Program-made: the position numbers and the translations under genes | NCBI GenBank assembly: GCA_002269645.1 | Contig: NIVC01000438.1 | Span: 62,001-126,000, forward strand | DNA length: 64,000 nucleotides | From: Macrostomum lignano | Taxonomy: Eukaryota | Reading direction: 5' to 3' | Part shown: piece by piece, positions 46,445 to 60,030 of the stretch | Numbering within the stretch: the first letter of the stretch is position 1 | Layout of the letters: each line of letters opens with the position of its first letter | Notes under the pieces: generated by a model | What the model was told of the DNA's origin: nothing | The model's input: only the letters and a program-made list of their open reading frames with translations | The model's database searches: none

Positions 46445-49400
46445 TTTCGTTGTGGCACACTGGTGGCACATTGAACTGATGCGCGATTCAATTAAGAATA
46501 AAAATTATGTATATGGAAGCTAATTATATTAATGCTTGGCTAGATCGCTATTAATATAAATCTAATGAGATTTTGCTTTTAGACAACTTCGCTAATCAAT
46601 AGAAACGTTTTCGTTGATAATATAACGATTTTTTTAATCTTTTTTCTTATAGATTTGATTCGCACAACCGTTGTTGACCTGCAACAAAAGTGAAGGTGAA
46701 GTTGGTTGGGGTCGTTGAGTTTTGGCATGCTACTAAAGATGAAAAAGCGGCTGTCTAATAAATGCAAATATTGAATATTTAAAAAGCTAGGGCCCAAAAC
46801 TTACCAACTTTGATCGTAACTGCTTTACCAGAATGAAAATGCAAACGCCTTCACGCACAACACTTCCTTTAGCTTAGTAAGTAAAGCCTAGGCTCACATT
46901 TAGCAATGATGATTACTGTTGGGGCTGAGGGGCCAGGAGCGAGACCCCTGCAATTCATTTTATAGACCCTGTTCTCCATTCTCTCTCTCCCCCCCCCCCG
47001 TAGCCAGGGTGAGGGAGGGTGAAAAACGGATCGATGAAAACAGACAGGGCCAGGCGGGAGAGACTGTACATAGGCTTCAACCAAATAAGAGCCAATGTAC
47101 AGTCTTGAAATATTAAGAGCGGAAAACGAGAGAGGGGATAGAAGAGGACAGGGGGTAGAGCAAAGAAAGAACATTTTAACCAGCTGGGAGCGAATAGGAG
47201 GCCGAGTCACATGATAAACCTCAAGGTCGAGGCCTTGGCCCACCCTCCTAATCAAACCTCGTGACGCACGCACAGGGCTAATGCAGCTTTGAAATTCCTT
47301 CCCCTTACCCCAGCGCTTTCTGTCAAGCCTCTCTTCTCCTGTCCTGTCCCAACCCAACCCAACAACGATTGCTTTGCCTGGCACAGCCCTCTCTATGCTT
47401 GTTTTTGCAAGAAAGCCTAGACCTACAGACAGCCTAGACCTTCATACAGTTCTGCTTCAGCGCTTTTTATTCCTTCCTTTTTCCTCTACTTACTTAACTA
47501 CAGCCCCGTAAATGAAACCCCCGCCTCAGTTCAGCAAGGCTAGGTTATTACTTCTAATATAGATCGCTAGAACTGGCTCAGCGGCTCCCTGCTGTTCCTA
47601 GCCCTACCAAGTCCACACTTATCTCAATTTTACCAAACCTATGCTAACTGCTGAGGCTAGCATAATAGCATTGTATTGTTTTTAGCAGAGGCCAGGCTAG
47701 CTAAGCGAAAACACAAATCAGCTGCTTCTGAGAAAGACTGGAAGAAAACTAAGGTTAGGCGGGGGGAAGGGAAGACACGACAATGACAGGATACTTTAAA
47801 TTACTGCAAAATAGCTAAAATGATAGAAAAAGCTACGGGTAAACAGACAAAATAGGCTAGATAGCGTGTGACACGCGTATTATGGAGGCAAGCGGCCCGC
47901 GGGTTTAACTAATTTTGTCGCTGTTTATTTTAGTTGCTTAAACAAGAACATTAGTTTTATAATCAAGAAGGGGGCATTAAGACAGAATCCTACGAGTATA
48001 TAGTAAAGTTATAAATAAAAAATGAAACTTAGATGACTAATGACTTGTATCGAAGCAAGAAAATAGACGAGAAAAAGTACATTTAGCTTATCGAAAGTTG
48101 GAGCCTCTAATTTAAATTTAGACTTTGAACTCGAATTGACTGTTCAATAAGTTACCTAGAGAAAATTTAAATTCGAAAACAAGATAAAATCAAGTCAAGC
48201 AGAGTTGCACTTCGAACTGCTTTGAAGGATTAAATTTGATAAGCACCTTTTGATAAGAACACCATCCAGGTCTGTAGAATATTCTAGAACCAATTAAATA
48301 AAAATAGAAATTTAACAGACTTAAGAATTTACGTGACGAATTTAAAATAGAAATAGTCAGTATATTTATTCTGGAAATAAACAAGCATATATACGAACAA
48401 TATATGAATTTGTTAACGCAAATAATCCAGACAAAGATGTGATGCGATGCTAACAAATTTTAGTAGCCAAACTGATCAGCTGATGCTGACTTGTTTGTTA
48501 CTGACAGAATGAATCACCCGCTTTGTCGTCGTCTGGTTATATGGTATAACTAATTATTTTCACCCCTTTAAGCCTGGGAGTAGAATGACGTCCCGCCTTC
48601 ACCTTCTATCCCTGGATTTGAGACACGAGACTAAGAATTAGTCGTGTGCAGTCAGTTAGTCCAGAAACAAAGACCAAGTAAAGCAGCTTGAATTTCTGAC
48701 TTCTGACACAAAGACGCAGTCGTGAACAGCGATTTTCTATTTATAATGATATTCCAGGTCTTGAGCCAGCTGGCAGACCTAAGAAACAAATAATGCCTTC
48801 TGTTGACTGACTAACAGTTTCCCCAAAACCAAGTTTAGACACAAAGACTAAAAGTAAGAACAAAGACATATTCACACATAGCTTTGTTAGAAGTTCGAGT
48901 CTAAAGCTTAACTTGGCCTATAGATGCTCTCCAGTTGGCACAGTTAGTTACGCAATATGAAGGCCGGGACTCGAAACATTTACCTAACTCCAACCTGCAA
49001 AAACACCTGGCAGTATCTTAATTGTTTTCCTTAGTCTAGGTGTAGTCTAGTCTAGCCCTCTAAACTCCGCAATCGTTCCAGGCCACTATGTACTTATATT
49101 AAATAAGCCTGTGAACACTGGATGATTGCACAACCGCGCGATTGCACAACCGCGCGAATTTTACTCCAATTTAAATATTTTCCCGGCCTAGCACAGTCGG
49201 GCCGGGCAGATAATTATATTTAACCAAACTGGAGATTCTACTAAAATTATTGCTGAAAGACAGCTGGGTAAAATTTGTAAAATGGCTAATAGTTCTATAA
49301 CAAGGTCTTAACTAGCACCCACTAATTATCTGAGAGAGAAAACCAATTAAATAATCCATCCAGGTGCGATAAGCCTTATCAAAATCATTCGATGATAAGA

Positions 49401-49679
49401 TAGTACTGAGGCATATTATAACCGAAATTGAGGCCAGCGTTAGACTTGCATATGTTTTCATTGACCATTACCAGCCTCACCTGGGTTTGTTAAGATGACG
49501 CGCAAACGAATTGACTCTATAAATTATTGGCACCTGTAAGCAATTTTTTTATTATTAGAATAATTTTTAGAAATCGCATCACTAATAAGGTGTTGCGTAA
49601 AAGTACTACAGAAATAGACCCAGAAGATAAAATCTAAATAATAAAAGTTAGCAACTGCACAGGCAATATGCATGTATTT

Positions 49680-52600
49680 TCAGCAGTTTCGGAATTTTGG
49701 AGGAATGTAGTCCAAGCCAAGGTGTTGAAAGATCTCCTCTTCTGAACTGGCCGGCAGGGACGCCTCCTGTAATGTCACAGATGTTAATTAATATTTAATA
49801 TTATACACATCCGCTTCAATGTATGCCAACTCCTTAATCTATCCCTAACTCTGCCTTTCCCTTACTACATTCATCTCTGCCAATCCCCTTATCTCTGCTA
49901 CCCCTCCCTTCATCTCTGCTACCCCTCCCTTCATCTCTGCTACCCCTCCCTTCATCTCTGCTACCCCTCCCTTCATCTCTGCTACCCCTCCCTTCATCTC
50001 TGCTACCCCTCCCTTCATCTCTGCTACTCCTCAATTCATCTCTGCTACTCCTCAATTCATCTCTCCTACCCCTCCCTTCATCTCTGCTACCCCTCCCTTC
50101 ATCTCTGCTACCCCTCCCTTCATCTCTGCTACTCCTCAATTCATCTCTGCTACCCCTCCCTTCATCTCTCCTACCCCTCCCTTCATCTCTGCTACCTCTC
50201 GCTTCATCTCTGCTACCCTCCCTTCATCTCTGCTACCCCTCTCTTCATCTCTGCTACCCCTCCCTTCATCTCTGCTACCCCTCTCTTCATCTCTGCTACC
50301 CCTCCCTTCATCTCTGCTACCCCTCCCTTCATCTCTGCTACCCATCCCTTCATCTCTGCTACCCTCCCTTCATCTCTGCTACCCCTCCCTTCATCTCTGC
50401 TACCCCTCTCTTCATCTCTGCTACCCCTCCCTTCATCTCTGCTACCCATCCCTTCATCTCTGCTACCCTCCCTTCATCTCTGCTACTCCTTCCTTCATCT
50501 CTGCTACTCCTTTCTTCATCTCTGCTACCCCTCCCTTCATCTCTGCTACTTCTCCCTTCATCTCTGCTACCCCTGCCTTCATCTCTGCTACCTCTCGCTT
50601 CATCTCTATCTCTCCCCTTGCATCTCTATCTCTACTCTCCCTTCATCTCTTGCAAACCTATCTCTACACTTACTTTATCTCTTGCTTCCCCACCTCTTGA
50701 TCTCTGCCAATTCAATTATCTTTGAATCTCCCTCCCTCCATCTCTATTCTCTAACCTTCCCCTCATCTTTGCGACTTTCTTTGCTTCTCTATGTATCGTG
50801 CGTCTTAACAATTACCGTCAGGTAAGACTCTATAGTTAAAGTCCCCTACAAATCTAAAAAATACAAAAATTTGCACTACAACAGTTTATTTTTAAAAAAT
50901 TCACAACGACTATGAAAATGCTAAGCCAAGACTTATCAACACCAATCTGCGAGGTTTCTTTCCACGACTAATTCCTTTCCCACAGTAGCTTTGCCATATT
51001 TGGACTAAAACGACTAAGTTCCCCACAATACTTCGCATTAAGTTCTCTCTACCGAGAATGTTAAATACGGTCCATTCTAGCAGTTTAAAGTCCAAAAACC
51101 AATCGATATAGTAGGATTTGCAAAGCAAGAAAAATCAATAAAGAAGCAGTTTCCTAATGCCGAGAATTCTAACATAGGTCCAAATACATGGCGTGGACGG
51201 CCGTAAACAAGAAAAGTACAAAATCTTTAGTGCGCAACAGCTGCAATTGCTTGGCAATTGAAAATGGGGACAGACAGAAACTGAACTAAACTAAGTACAA
51301 GTAGTAAGAATTGAGGAACTTACCTGAGACTACTCACTCAATTCTTTCTGCAGTCTCCTCTATCCAAGCTGCCATCTACTCTCCCTTACATCTATACCCT
51401 TGTCTCCCATCTCTACCCTTTAGTCCATCCTCTCTACCCTTTAGTCCATCCTCTCTACCCAACAGTCTACCCAACATTATTTCCACTCTACCCTACAGTC
51501 TCCTATCTCTACCCCATAGTCTCCTCTCTCTACCATATAGTTTCCTCTATCGTATAGTCTCTCTCTACCCTAGTCTCCCCTCTCTACTCTACAGAGTCTA
51601 CCCTCTACCCTACAGTCTCTCCTCTCTACATCTCTTTATCTTTGCAGAATGTCCCCCGATCAGCCCTCCTCTACCTCCAGACCTCTATTTGTCATATACA
51701 CGTACGTAAGACAAACCTTTTGCAGATCAAAGAGGCCATGCGAAGTTAACTTCATTCGTCTCTGGCGTTGGGCAAACAGTCTCAAATCTCGGTTAAATAA
51801 TCGATTCCCAGTCCAGCCAAGCAGCGCGTAAGCGTATTGCGACCGCGGCACAGCGATCAGATCGACGCGACGGGCGAGCCAGCCGCGACTAGCGTAGGCG
51901 GCGCCAGCCTAAAAATGTGCGAGAAAAATAAAGCAAATATTCCTAGCGTCTACTGCTAGTAGAACGAAAAAAATAACCGAATTAAAAAACACAAATTTTT
52001 ATAGTTAAACAAATTTCATGCTTGATTCCATTCTATTCCAATTGATCTGTGATTGGCTAGATTAGCAATCCATTCTATTCTAGTTGATCATATACTGGCT
52101 AGATTAGCAATCCAGCACATCCCAGACAGTGCAGACACAGCAGAAGCCACTCACCTCACCGCCAGCCATAGCCACAGCCTCGGCAAAGCTATCGAACGCG
52201 CAATAGTTAGGCGATAGGGCTCGCCGTTTCGCTGCTGGTAGCCCCTCGCCCTGCCTGTCGCAGCCATTCCCGTCTATCTTGGCCATAATCGATTCGACAT
52301 CGCGGTCTACAGTTGATGAATCAGTATCCTTGCTAGACAGTCTAATAACGCCTAACCATTTTTCGAAATGATCCAACGTAGATCTCAACTCTTTCACTCG
52401 AAAATCTCTACTCAAAACTGACGGACTGAAACTGTTAGCTTCAAATGTGCCGTGTATCACCATCCCGGCAGCTGTCAAAACTCTGGCCAAGTCGGACACA
52501 GCTCCAGCCTCTCTGCCTTCGACATCGTGAGTAATTAACAAGTCGCAATCGTGACCAGTTGATTTGCCTCGACTGAAACCGCCAACTAAGGTGACTGTGA

Positions 52601-55232
52601 ATCCGGGGCCTCGTAGTTCCAGTAGCAGTTTTGCAATTAAATCGCGAAAATAGCTGGCTTCAGCAAGTGCTACAGGCTTGTTGACGAGATCGTTGTGAAA
52701 GGCTAGGCCTGTTTGAAGACGCCTGTGAAATGGAAAATACGGGAGGCTGAATAAGGTCTTTGTCAATCAAATACATGTACTGGATTAAAATGTTTGTGAA
52801 TATCAGTGTTTGTGAAGTTTAGCGATTGAGAATCTTAGTGTTTGTGAAGTTCAGCGTTTGTGAATCGTAGTGTTTGTGAATCTCAGTGTTTGTGAATCTT
52901 AGTATTTGTGAAGCTTGGCGTTTGTGAATCTTAGTGTTTGTGAAACTCAGTGTTTGTGAAGTTTAGTATTTGTGAAGCTTAGCGATTGAGAATCTTAGTG
53001 TTTGTGAAGTTCAGCGTTTGTGAATCGTAGTGTTTGTGAATCTCAGTGTTTGTGAAGTTTAGTATTTGTGAAGCTTGGCGTTTGTGAATCTTAGTGTTTG
53101 TGAAACTCAGTGTTTGTGAAGTTTAGTATTGTGAAGCTTAGCGATTGAGAATCTTAGTGTTTGTGAAGTTCAGCGTTTGTGAATCGTAGTGTTTGTGAAT
53201 CTCAGTGTTTGTGAAGTTTAGTATTTGTGAAGCTTGGCGTTTGTGAATATTAGTGTTTGTGAAACTCAGTGTTTGTGAAGTTTAGTATTTGTGAAGCTTA
53301 GCGATTGAGAATCTTAGTGTTTGTGAAGTTCAGCGTTTGTGAATCGTAGTGTTTGTGAATCTCAGTGTTTGTGAATCTTAGTATTTGTGAAGTTAAGCGT
53401 TTGTGAATCGTAGTGTGTGTGAATTTCAGTGTTTGTGAATCTTAGTGTGTGTGAATTTCAGTGTTTGTGAATCTTAGTGTGTGTGAATTTCAGTGTTTGT
53501 GAATCTTAGTGTGTGTGAATCTCAGTGTTTTTTAATCTTAGTGTGTGTGAATGAATTTACTATTTTTGAAGCTTGGTATTTGTGAAGCTACATACGTCTT
53601 CTTGAGCTATCAAAACATCATTAGACGCGTCAAGCAGAGTTCAACCAATCAAACGCACTCACTTGTGATCACCGCCTCCCATGGGAAGCAAGGCAACAAG
53701 TTCACTGTCTCTCTTCTGTTGTTGACCTTCGCCACACTCATGATGGCGCAACAATCGATGAGTAGCATCGGAGACCGACTTGACCCCACAGCTGTACCAT
53801 TTGTAGGCTAACGCTTGACCAACCCCATAGACAGCTGTGAGATTAGTCATGCACTGGTACAGGTCCGAGCCTGTCACAGCATCAACTTCAGCTGACGCGC
53901 CCGTGTTTAACAGTTCTGTGATAATCCGAATAGCGTGATCGCCAATGTATCGAGGACAGCTGTCGGTCAGCTGACTGATTGATAATAGCGGTTGTTGGAG
54001 ACTTTTCAGACAAGCTGCGGCGCGATCGAATGCTAGGGCTTTGGCGTAGTACTGCTGGTCCTTGGTGATGCCGTACTGGTGTTCCGAGTTGCGGGCCAGA
54101 ACTGACAGGGCTTGCTGTAGGGATTCAAATGGGATTTTGGGAGCCTTGTTCATGTGAGATCAATGCTTAGTACTGGCCCAGCAACTGAGGATCTGGGAGG
54201 CTGGTGGTCCAAGCAACTGAGGATCTAGGAGGCTGTTGGCCAAGCAACCGACGATCTGGGAGGCTGTTGGCCTAGCAACTGAGGATCTTGGAGGCTGGCC
54301 CAGAAACTGACATTCAGGATCTGGAAGGCTGGCCCAGCAACTGAGGATCTGGGAGGCTGCCCAACAGCTGACACTCTGGGAGGCCGGCCCAGCAACTGAG
54401 GATCTTGGAGGCTGGCCCAGAAACTGACATTCAGGATCTGGAAGGCTGGCCCAGCAACTGAGGATCTGGGAGGCTGGCCCAGCAACTGAGGATCTGGGAG
54501 GCTGCCCAACAGCTGACACTCTGGGAGGCCGGCCCAGCAACTGAGGATCTTGGAGGCTGGCCCAGAAACTGACATTCAGGATCTGGAAGGCTGGCCCAGC
54601 AACTGAGGATCTGAGAGGCTGCCCAACAGCTGACACTCTGGGAGGCCGGCCCAGCAACTGAGGATCTTGGAGGCTGGCCCAGAAACTGACATTCAGGATC
54701 TGGAAGGCTGGCCCAGCAACTGAGGATCTGGGAGGCCGGCCCAGCAACTGAGGATCTGGGAGGCTGGCCCAGCAACTGAGGATCAGGGAGGCATATAAAA
54801 AAGCGGCAAGTCTCGCAACTCATAGAAAACGAACTAACAGCAAGTGAGGCATTGTGGTGCTCCAAAGGGCAGCGCATCTGACACAGGAACTCAGTTGGAA
54901 AAGCAGCAGCAGATGCTGACGATATGTCCGTTGATGTTGCAGAATCCTCTGGTAACTTTTTCTGCAAAGCGAGAGAAACGATTTCTGGCGCTTTTAAACA
55001 GCTAAAATACCAGCTTCATATCAATAGATTGTTAGTAAAACTCATCATTACCTCAGGAGCTTTACGACAAAGAAAGTGTTGCTTCTCTGGTGTAGTCAGA
55101 GCTTTCGCTCGAATACAATCAGACAGCCACTTAGTGCTGACAATAGCCGCATTGGATGGTAGCTCAATGCTGGCCAGTTGAAACAAATACTCAACATCTT
55201 GGATGTAGTCGAGTTCAGTTACCAAGATCAAA
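49680..55232 (-). CDS. POLM/DNTT-like: X-family DNA polymerase, Pol mu/TdT subfamily (BRCT + Pol X core); first exon(s) not found
   Basis: Six exons with consistent GT-AG phases: 55232-55052, 54961-54839, 54114-53663, 52722-52155, 51908-51717, 49766-49680. Motifs: KWLSDCI (BRCT), FLCQMRCPL, VYGVG, GGFSRGKSTGHDCDLLITH, LDHFEK, WLARRVDL, YALLGWTG, SEEEIFQHLGLDYIPP. Confidence 0.93.
49860..50620. repeat. 21-bp minisatellite (CCCTTCATCTCTGCTACCCCT)n in the last Pol X intron
   Basis: Direct inspection; source of the SRDEGRG ORFs. Confidence 0.95.
52790..53560. repeat. ~16-bp monomer satellite (AGTGTTTGTGAAnnnn) with ~160-bp higher-order period, in a Pol X intron
   Basis: Variant AGCGATTGAGAATC recurs at 52821, 52981, 53140, 53300. 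Confidence 0.93.
54170..54790. repeat. ~28-bp minisatellite (CCCAGCAACTGAGGATCTGGGAGGCTGG variants) in a Pol X intron
   Basis: Direct inspection; lies between exons 54839 and 54114. Confidence 0.92.
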
Positions 55233-55930
55233 CTGTGGATTATGGAAATTTGAATCAAATCAATAAATATATTATACTGCATTATACAGCTGGATTATAC
55301 AGCTTAAATATAAATGTACTTAGAGCCATGTACATTCATCTCGTGCTTATCGAATATATTACTTCTTGCTTTATACGAGTAATGTAAATGTCCACTTTTT
55401 GTGGACATTTGGGGTGCCTTTTTTAGTAAAATTCGGTTACAGATTGTGGCTACAGAAATATTGCCTGGTGGTTGCTATGGTTACAGAATTAAGACCATTC
55501 AAGTGAGTTTAGGAGCAATATATACTATGATATTAGGCTTTAAAAAAATAAAAACATGCACCATTTTTGCTAGTTCCTAACATGATCCGACCTTTAGAGC
55601 TAGAATACTTGGAATGAAAACAATGTTTATCATGCAAATATGTTCATCATAAAGCTGAAAAATCTAAAACATGACACCAAACTCAATATTTAACATTATA
55701 ACTAAAAAGTGTTTGCATAAAAATAGTAAATACTTAACTTTTATTTAAAAAGGTTGCATTCTGTAATACATTTTGGCCATTAAAAAAGTCAAAAGTGTTA
55801 CTAAACAGTTGTGGTTGAGCCTATGTCATCTGCTTTTAGATTTGGTATAACAAGTGGCTACAGGATCTAGCTCCTAGCAACTACACTTGCAACAAAAAAC
55901 CCTTGGCCACAGATTTACTGACTGTCCAAA

Positions 55931-56400
55931 ATGACTGAGCTATCTGCTGCACTTGAGGAACTTTGTCAAAATCCAGCCAAGGGTCAAGATCTCAAAATCA
56001 GTTCAACATTCTATAAGAAGTTTTTGAAGCTCATAATCATCAATATTTTTATTGATTATAAAGTTAAATATCCTTATTTAAAAAAAAATGACCAGTTGGG
56101 TGATGTGTGCAATGCAATAATTTCTATATATCCAGGCCTAAAAGACAAAGGATAAGTGCCAATTTCGGTGCAGCAAAATCACATGTTTATTTAAAGACCT
56201 ATGCACTTGCATTCTACCTGAGGCATTGAGCCATCTCATAGCTTGAATGTGCAAGAAGCCTGGCAGCAAGTGGAAGCACAAATTAGCAGTAGGAGACAAT
56301 GACAAAGAAAACTTGTGTACCAACAAAGAGGATGCAGAACTTGAGCCTCCTGCAAATGGTATAACCTATTGGACAAAGAAGATGGCCAAAATGTGGCAAA
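55931..56400 (+). pseudogene. Possible decayed EnSpm accessory-ORF fragment
   Basis: YKVKYPYL...DVCNAIISIYPGLKDKG resembles the YP...V..ALI.K.P.LK pattern of CMC second ORFs; broken by stops. Confidence 0.3.
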
Positions 56401-57528
56401 AAAAGCATAATTTTCTATTTTACTAATGAGGTAGAAGTGCCTGATGAGCCCAAAGCCTTTTGTCTTTGTCTAAATATGGACTTCCACTTAGAAAGCATTG
56501 AAAAGGTGCTTGAAAATATGAAGATCATTTTCCCAATGCAAATTATTTGCTGTCAAGACTTAGCATTGCCAAAGAAATCAACTTGTACCACCCATTATCA
56601 AATTCAAGTGTAATTCTTCAAGAGGCATATAACTCATGATTGAAGGCAAAGGGCTAACTATTATTCTTAACAATTCTACCAATATTTGTACGAACATTAT
56701 TTGTGCCTGGATTGATGTTTATGAGAAGTGCCAGTCTATGAAAAATTACAAGTACTATAAGGAATTCTTGTTTGAAATTGACATAGGAACTAAAATGCTA
56801 TAGGCTACTGTCATTGCATTTTTTGTAACATGTAAAAAACTAAAAGCATTTTTAGAAGCTATAAAGGTCCTTGCATACATTTAACAATGAAACTACATCT
56901 CACAAAGACCTGCCACTACCCTGGCTGATGCATTTCACTAATTCATTAGTTATTAGTTTTTCTCTATATTATTTGTACAATTGAAGAGCTTAATTACTTA
57001 GTACTATGCATCTTAAAAAATAAAATCTAAGTTAGCTCCATTAATTGAGGGTTAAGGTAAGTTTTCAAACAAAAATAATTATTAAATAAAATACCCCCAA
57101 TGTTGTTGAGTTTAAGTAGGGGCTATTGAAGTCTTTGTCATTATTATCACATCTATATCTTAGTGGCATACTATTTTTCCTGTCAGTAAATTCATTATCT
57201 TATACCTGTTTGCCATATCATTTTTCTCATGCCAGTAAATAGCAAAATGGTTAAGCTCTGTAATACATCATTTATTCATGTTAATGTTTTTTGAAATATA
57301 AATTTTAAAGCAGCCAAATGTAGTATACAAATACATTTTAAGTGACTAAATCTGCAAAAATTTGTTGAATTTAAATTAACATGTATGCTATAAATTTTCT
57401 AGTTTAAAGTCTTTTCTATTAAGCTTAACAGTGCCTAAAATATAGGTAATAATAGAATTTTGTGTCAAACTGATTTTAAAAGCAAATGGTTAGAAAGTGA
57501 AATGAGTATCCAACTTGTGAGTATATTA

Positions 57529-58254
57529 TGAGGGGTGTCCCAAAAGTTGGTGCACTTTCTTTACTACAGCCTTTTCTCACTGATCCTGAGGCTTCTCCAC
57601 ATAGTCATCACACTTCTGCCATTGGCTATGCATATTGTCAATGTCGTCACCTAGCAAAATCTGAGTGTGGCATCTCATGAAGGAGAACTTGGCAAGTCAA
57701 TGCTTCTAGGCTCCCACAACAAGCAAAGATTTGTCCATGCAGCAGCTTCTTCCTCTTTGGAAAGAAGGCAAAGTCAGCTGTTGACAAATCCAGAGAGTAG
57801 ACTAGCAGTGAGAGCAGCACAAAATTTGCCTACTCTATTGTGTCCTGTCTTCTTGACTGTGTGGGATGTGCATTGTCAACATACATAGCCAATGGCAGAA
57901 GTGTGCAGCACAGTGGTGACTATGTGGAGAAGCCTCAGGACAATGTTGATGATTAACTTTTGACTGTTCTTTCCTTAGCTTTCATTTTGCGGATGTTTTG
58001 TTGATTCATTAAATGTTTTGTTGTTTTTTGCATCAGGTACAAAGCTTTGGTCTATGGCAATTTGTAAAAGTAACACAGGGGGATAGGGCAGAAAAGTGCT
58101 TATATCTCAAGAATGCCAGTCAGATACAGAAATAAAACAGAAAGTCACTTTAATGGGCAGATAATTTCCTTTTAACTGCAACAGACTTAATGTTTCTGAT
58201 CAGTCAGAAAAGGCTGAAGTGAAGAAGGTGCACCAACTTTTGGGACACCCCTTG
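57529..58254. mobile_element. Tc1/mariner-type non-autonomous element
   Basis: TIR AGGGGTGTCCCAAAAGTTGGTGCAC at both ends, TA duplication (57527-28 / 58255-56). Confidence 0.85.
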
Positions 58255-58539
58255 TATTTAAGCAATCTGCAATATCAGCAAATATTGAATTCAAATAGGT
58301 GATCAAATTTGGACCATTTATTTTGTACATTTGTAATACAAACCTTAAAAGGTACATAAAGTAGTATGCTATGGACCTTCAATTTGGACTTTAATGGGAC
58401 CAACAATATGGATTTTAAATTTGAGATCTTTTCAATATAAACCTTATCAAGGTCTAAAAAGTAGTATGCTGCAAACCTTTAATATAGACCTTTGTTGTAC
58501 TTTTTTGTACTTTCTGGCTCTCTTTTGAGGTAAGACATT

Positions 58540-58830
58540 TTGCTAAAGCTTAAGATAAGAGAAGAGGGAAGAGTAGAAAGAGGAAAAGGAAAAAAGAGGG
58601 GATAGGAAGGAGAAGATGGGAAAGAGTAGAATAAAAAGGGAAAAGGAAAGAGAGAAATAAGGAGAACTAAGAAGGAGAGAAGCAAAAAAAGAAAAGAGGA
58701 AAGAGGAAAAACAAAACAAAGAGAAGAAAATGGAGAGAAAAGAGAAAGAGATAAAAAGGAGAAGTGAAAAGGAGAAAGAGAGAAATAAGTCTACAAAAAA
58801 GAGTGGAAAAAAGAGGGAAGAACTAAATTC
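58540..58830. repeat. AG-rich low-complexity tract
   Basis: Direct inspection. Confidence 0.85.
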
Positions 58831-59559
58831 AAACTTTAAAAAATCTTATTGGAGTCCCTAGGCCTATTAAAAGGTTGGGTTGGATTAGAAAAAGTTTAAT
58901 ATTATATTTAAGATTATATAGATTGATTAAAATAGAGTCTATTTTTATATTGCCAATATTTATCCCAGTAAATATATTATATTATAAGGGGCCATGCTAG
59001 GTTTTTTGCTATTGCTAGGATGCAAAATTATATCTAAAGTCTAATTTGAGGTAAAGATACAATTTTGAAAATCAGAATGCTAGGCTAGGGGCCTAGATGT
59101 GAGGGTTTCCCGACAGATATTCAGACAGATATTCAAAACCATCATCTACTACTTTTAACAAAATGGACCAAACGGAACCATATTTTTGGCAGATGTTTAC
59201 GCATGTGTTTGCAATCAAATGAGCCCAAACTTGTTTTATAAAATAAAAAACTTTATGAAGTGCATTGTTTCAAAGATTGCTTGGCAACACCCTGATTCAG
59301 CATCTCTTCAATGTTTTCTGAAAATGATTCAATTTTTACATCCCATAAATGTGCCCCGTATCCCAAAAAGACAATGGACTAACTTTTACACATGTTTCAG
59401 CTGTAAAGTGCCGCATCACGCGTCTAAGAAAATACTTTACTTCCTGAATTATTTTCTTTTAAAGTGTGCTTGGCGATTTGCTTTTTTGAAGGCAAGTCAA
59501 GAAACAGCACATATTTGCTGATGTCAGAACTCCATTTCGCTCTCAAATTAAATGAATTT

Positions 59560-60030
59560 ATAGTTCCATTCTTACGCACATCCCAGCTTTAGAATGACAC
59601 CATTGACACTAAAAAAGAAACAGTATTTCCTGAGATATTTGACTCTAAAGTGTGCTTTGCTTTTGAGTCAATAACGCTTGACGTTGTATGTCGAAATATA
59701 TGCCAAGAAATTGTGACACCATTTTTTGCTTAAAAACATAAAACTTAACTCGCTCTTTTACGCACGTCTCAGCTTTAAAATGACACCTCAGGCGTCGCCA
59801 AAGACGCCTCCGTTTGTGAGATGTTCGACTTGAAACATTGCTTGGCGTGTACAGACATTCACCTTATAAATCAAATGTATTCCCAATCTTTGTGCATGTG
59901 CTCCACCTGTGTTTTTTAGTCAATTCTGATGAAATTTAACTCGCTCTTTTACGCATGTCCCAGCTTTAAAATGACACCTTAGGCGTTGCCAAAGACACCA
60001 CCGTTTGTGAGATATTTGAGTTGATTTTTG
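59560..60030. repeat. Three imperfect ~185-bp tandem units (TTTTACGCAyrTCyCAGCTTTAAAATGACACC)
   Basis: Motif recurs near 59570, 59755 and 59945. Confidence 0.7.

Noticed and set aside
49125-49158. Tandem GATTGCACAACCGCGC duplicate resembling C/EBP sites
   Set aside because: Two copies of a short motif with no supporting context; cannot be distinguished from slippage.
50910-51128. ORF ending LISLGLAFS as the last Pol X exon
   Set aside because: A far better match (SEEEIFQHLGLDYIPPKFRNC*) with a correct acceptor and phase lies at 49766-49680.
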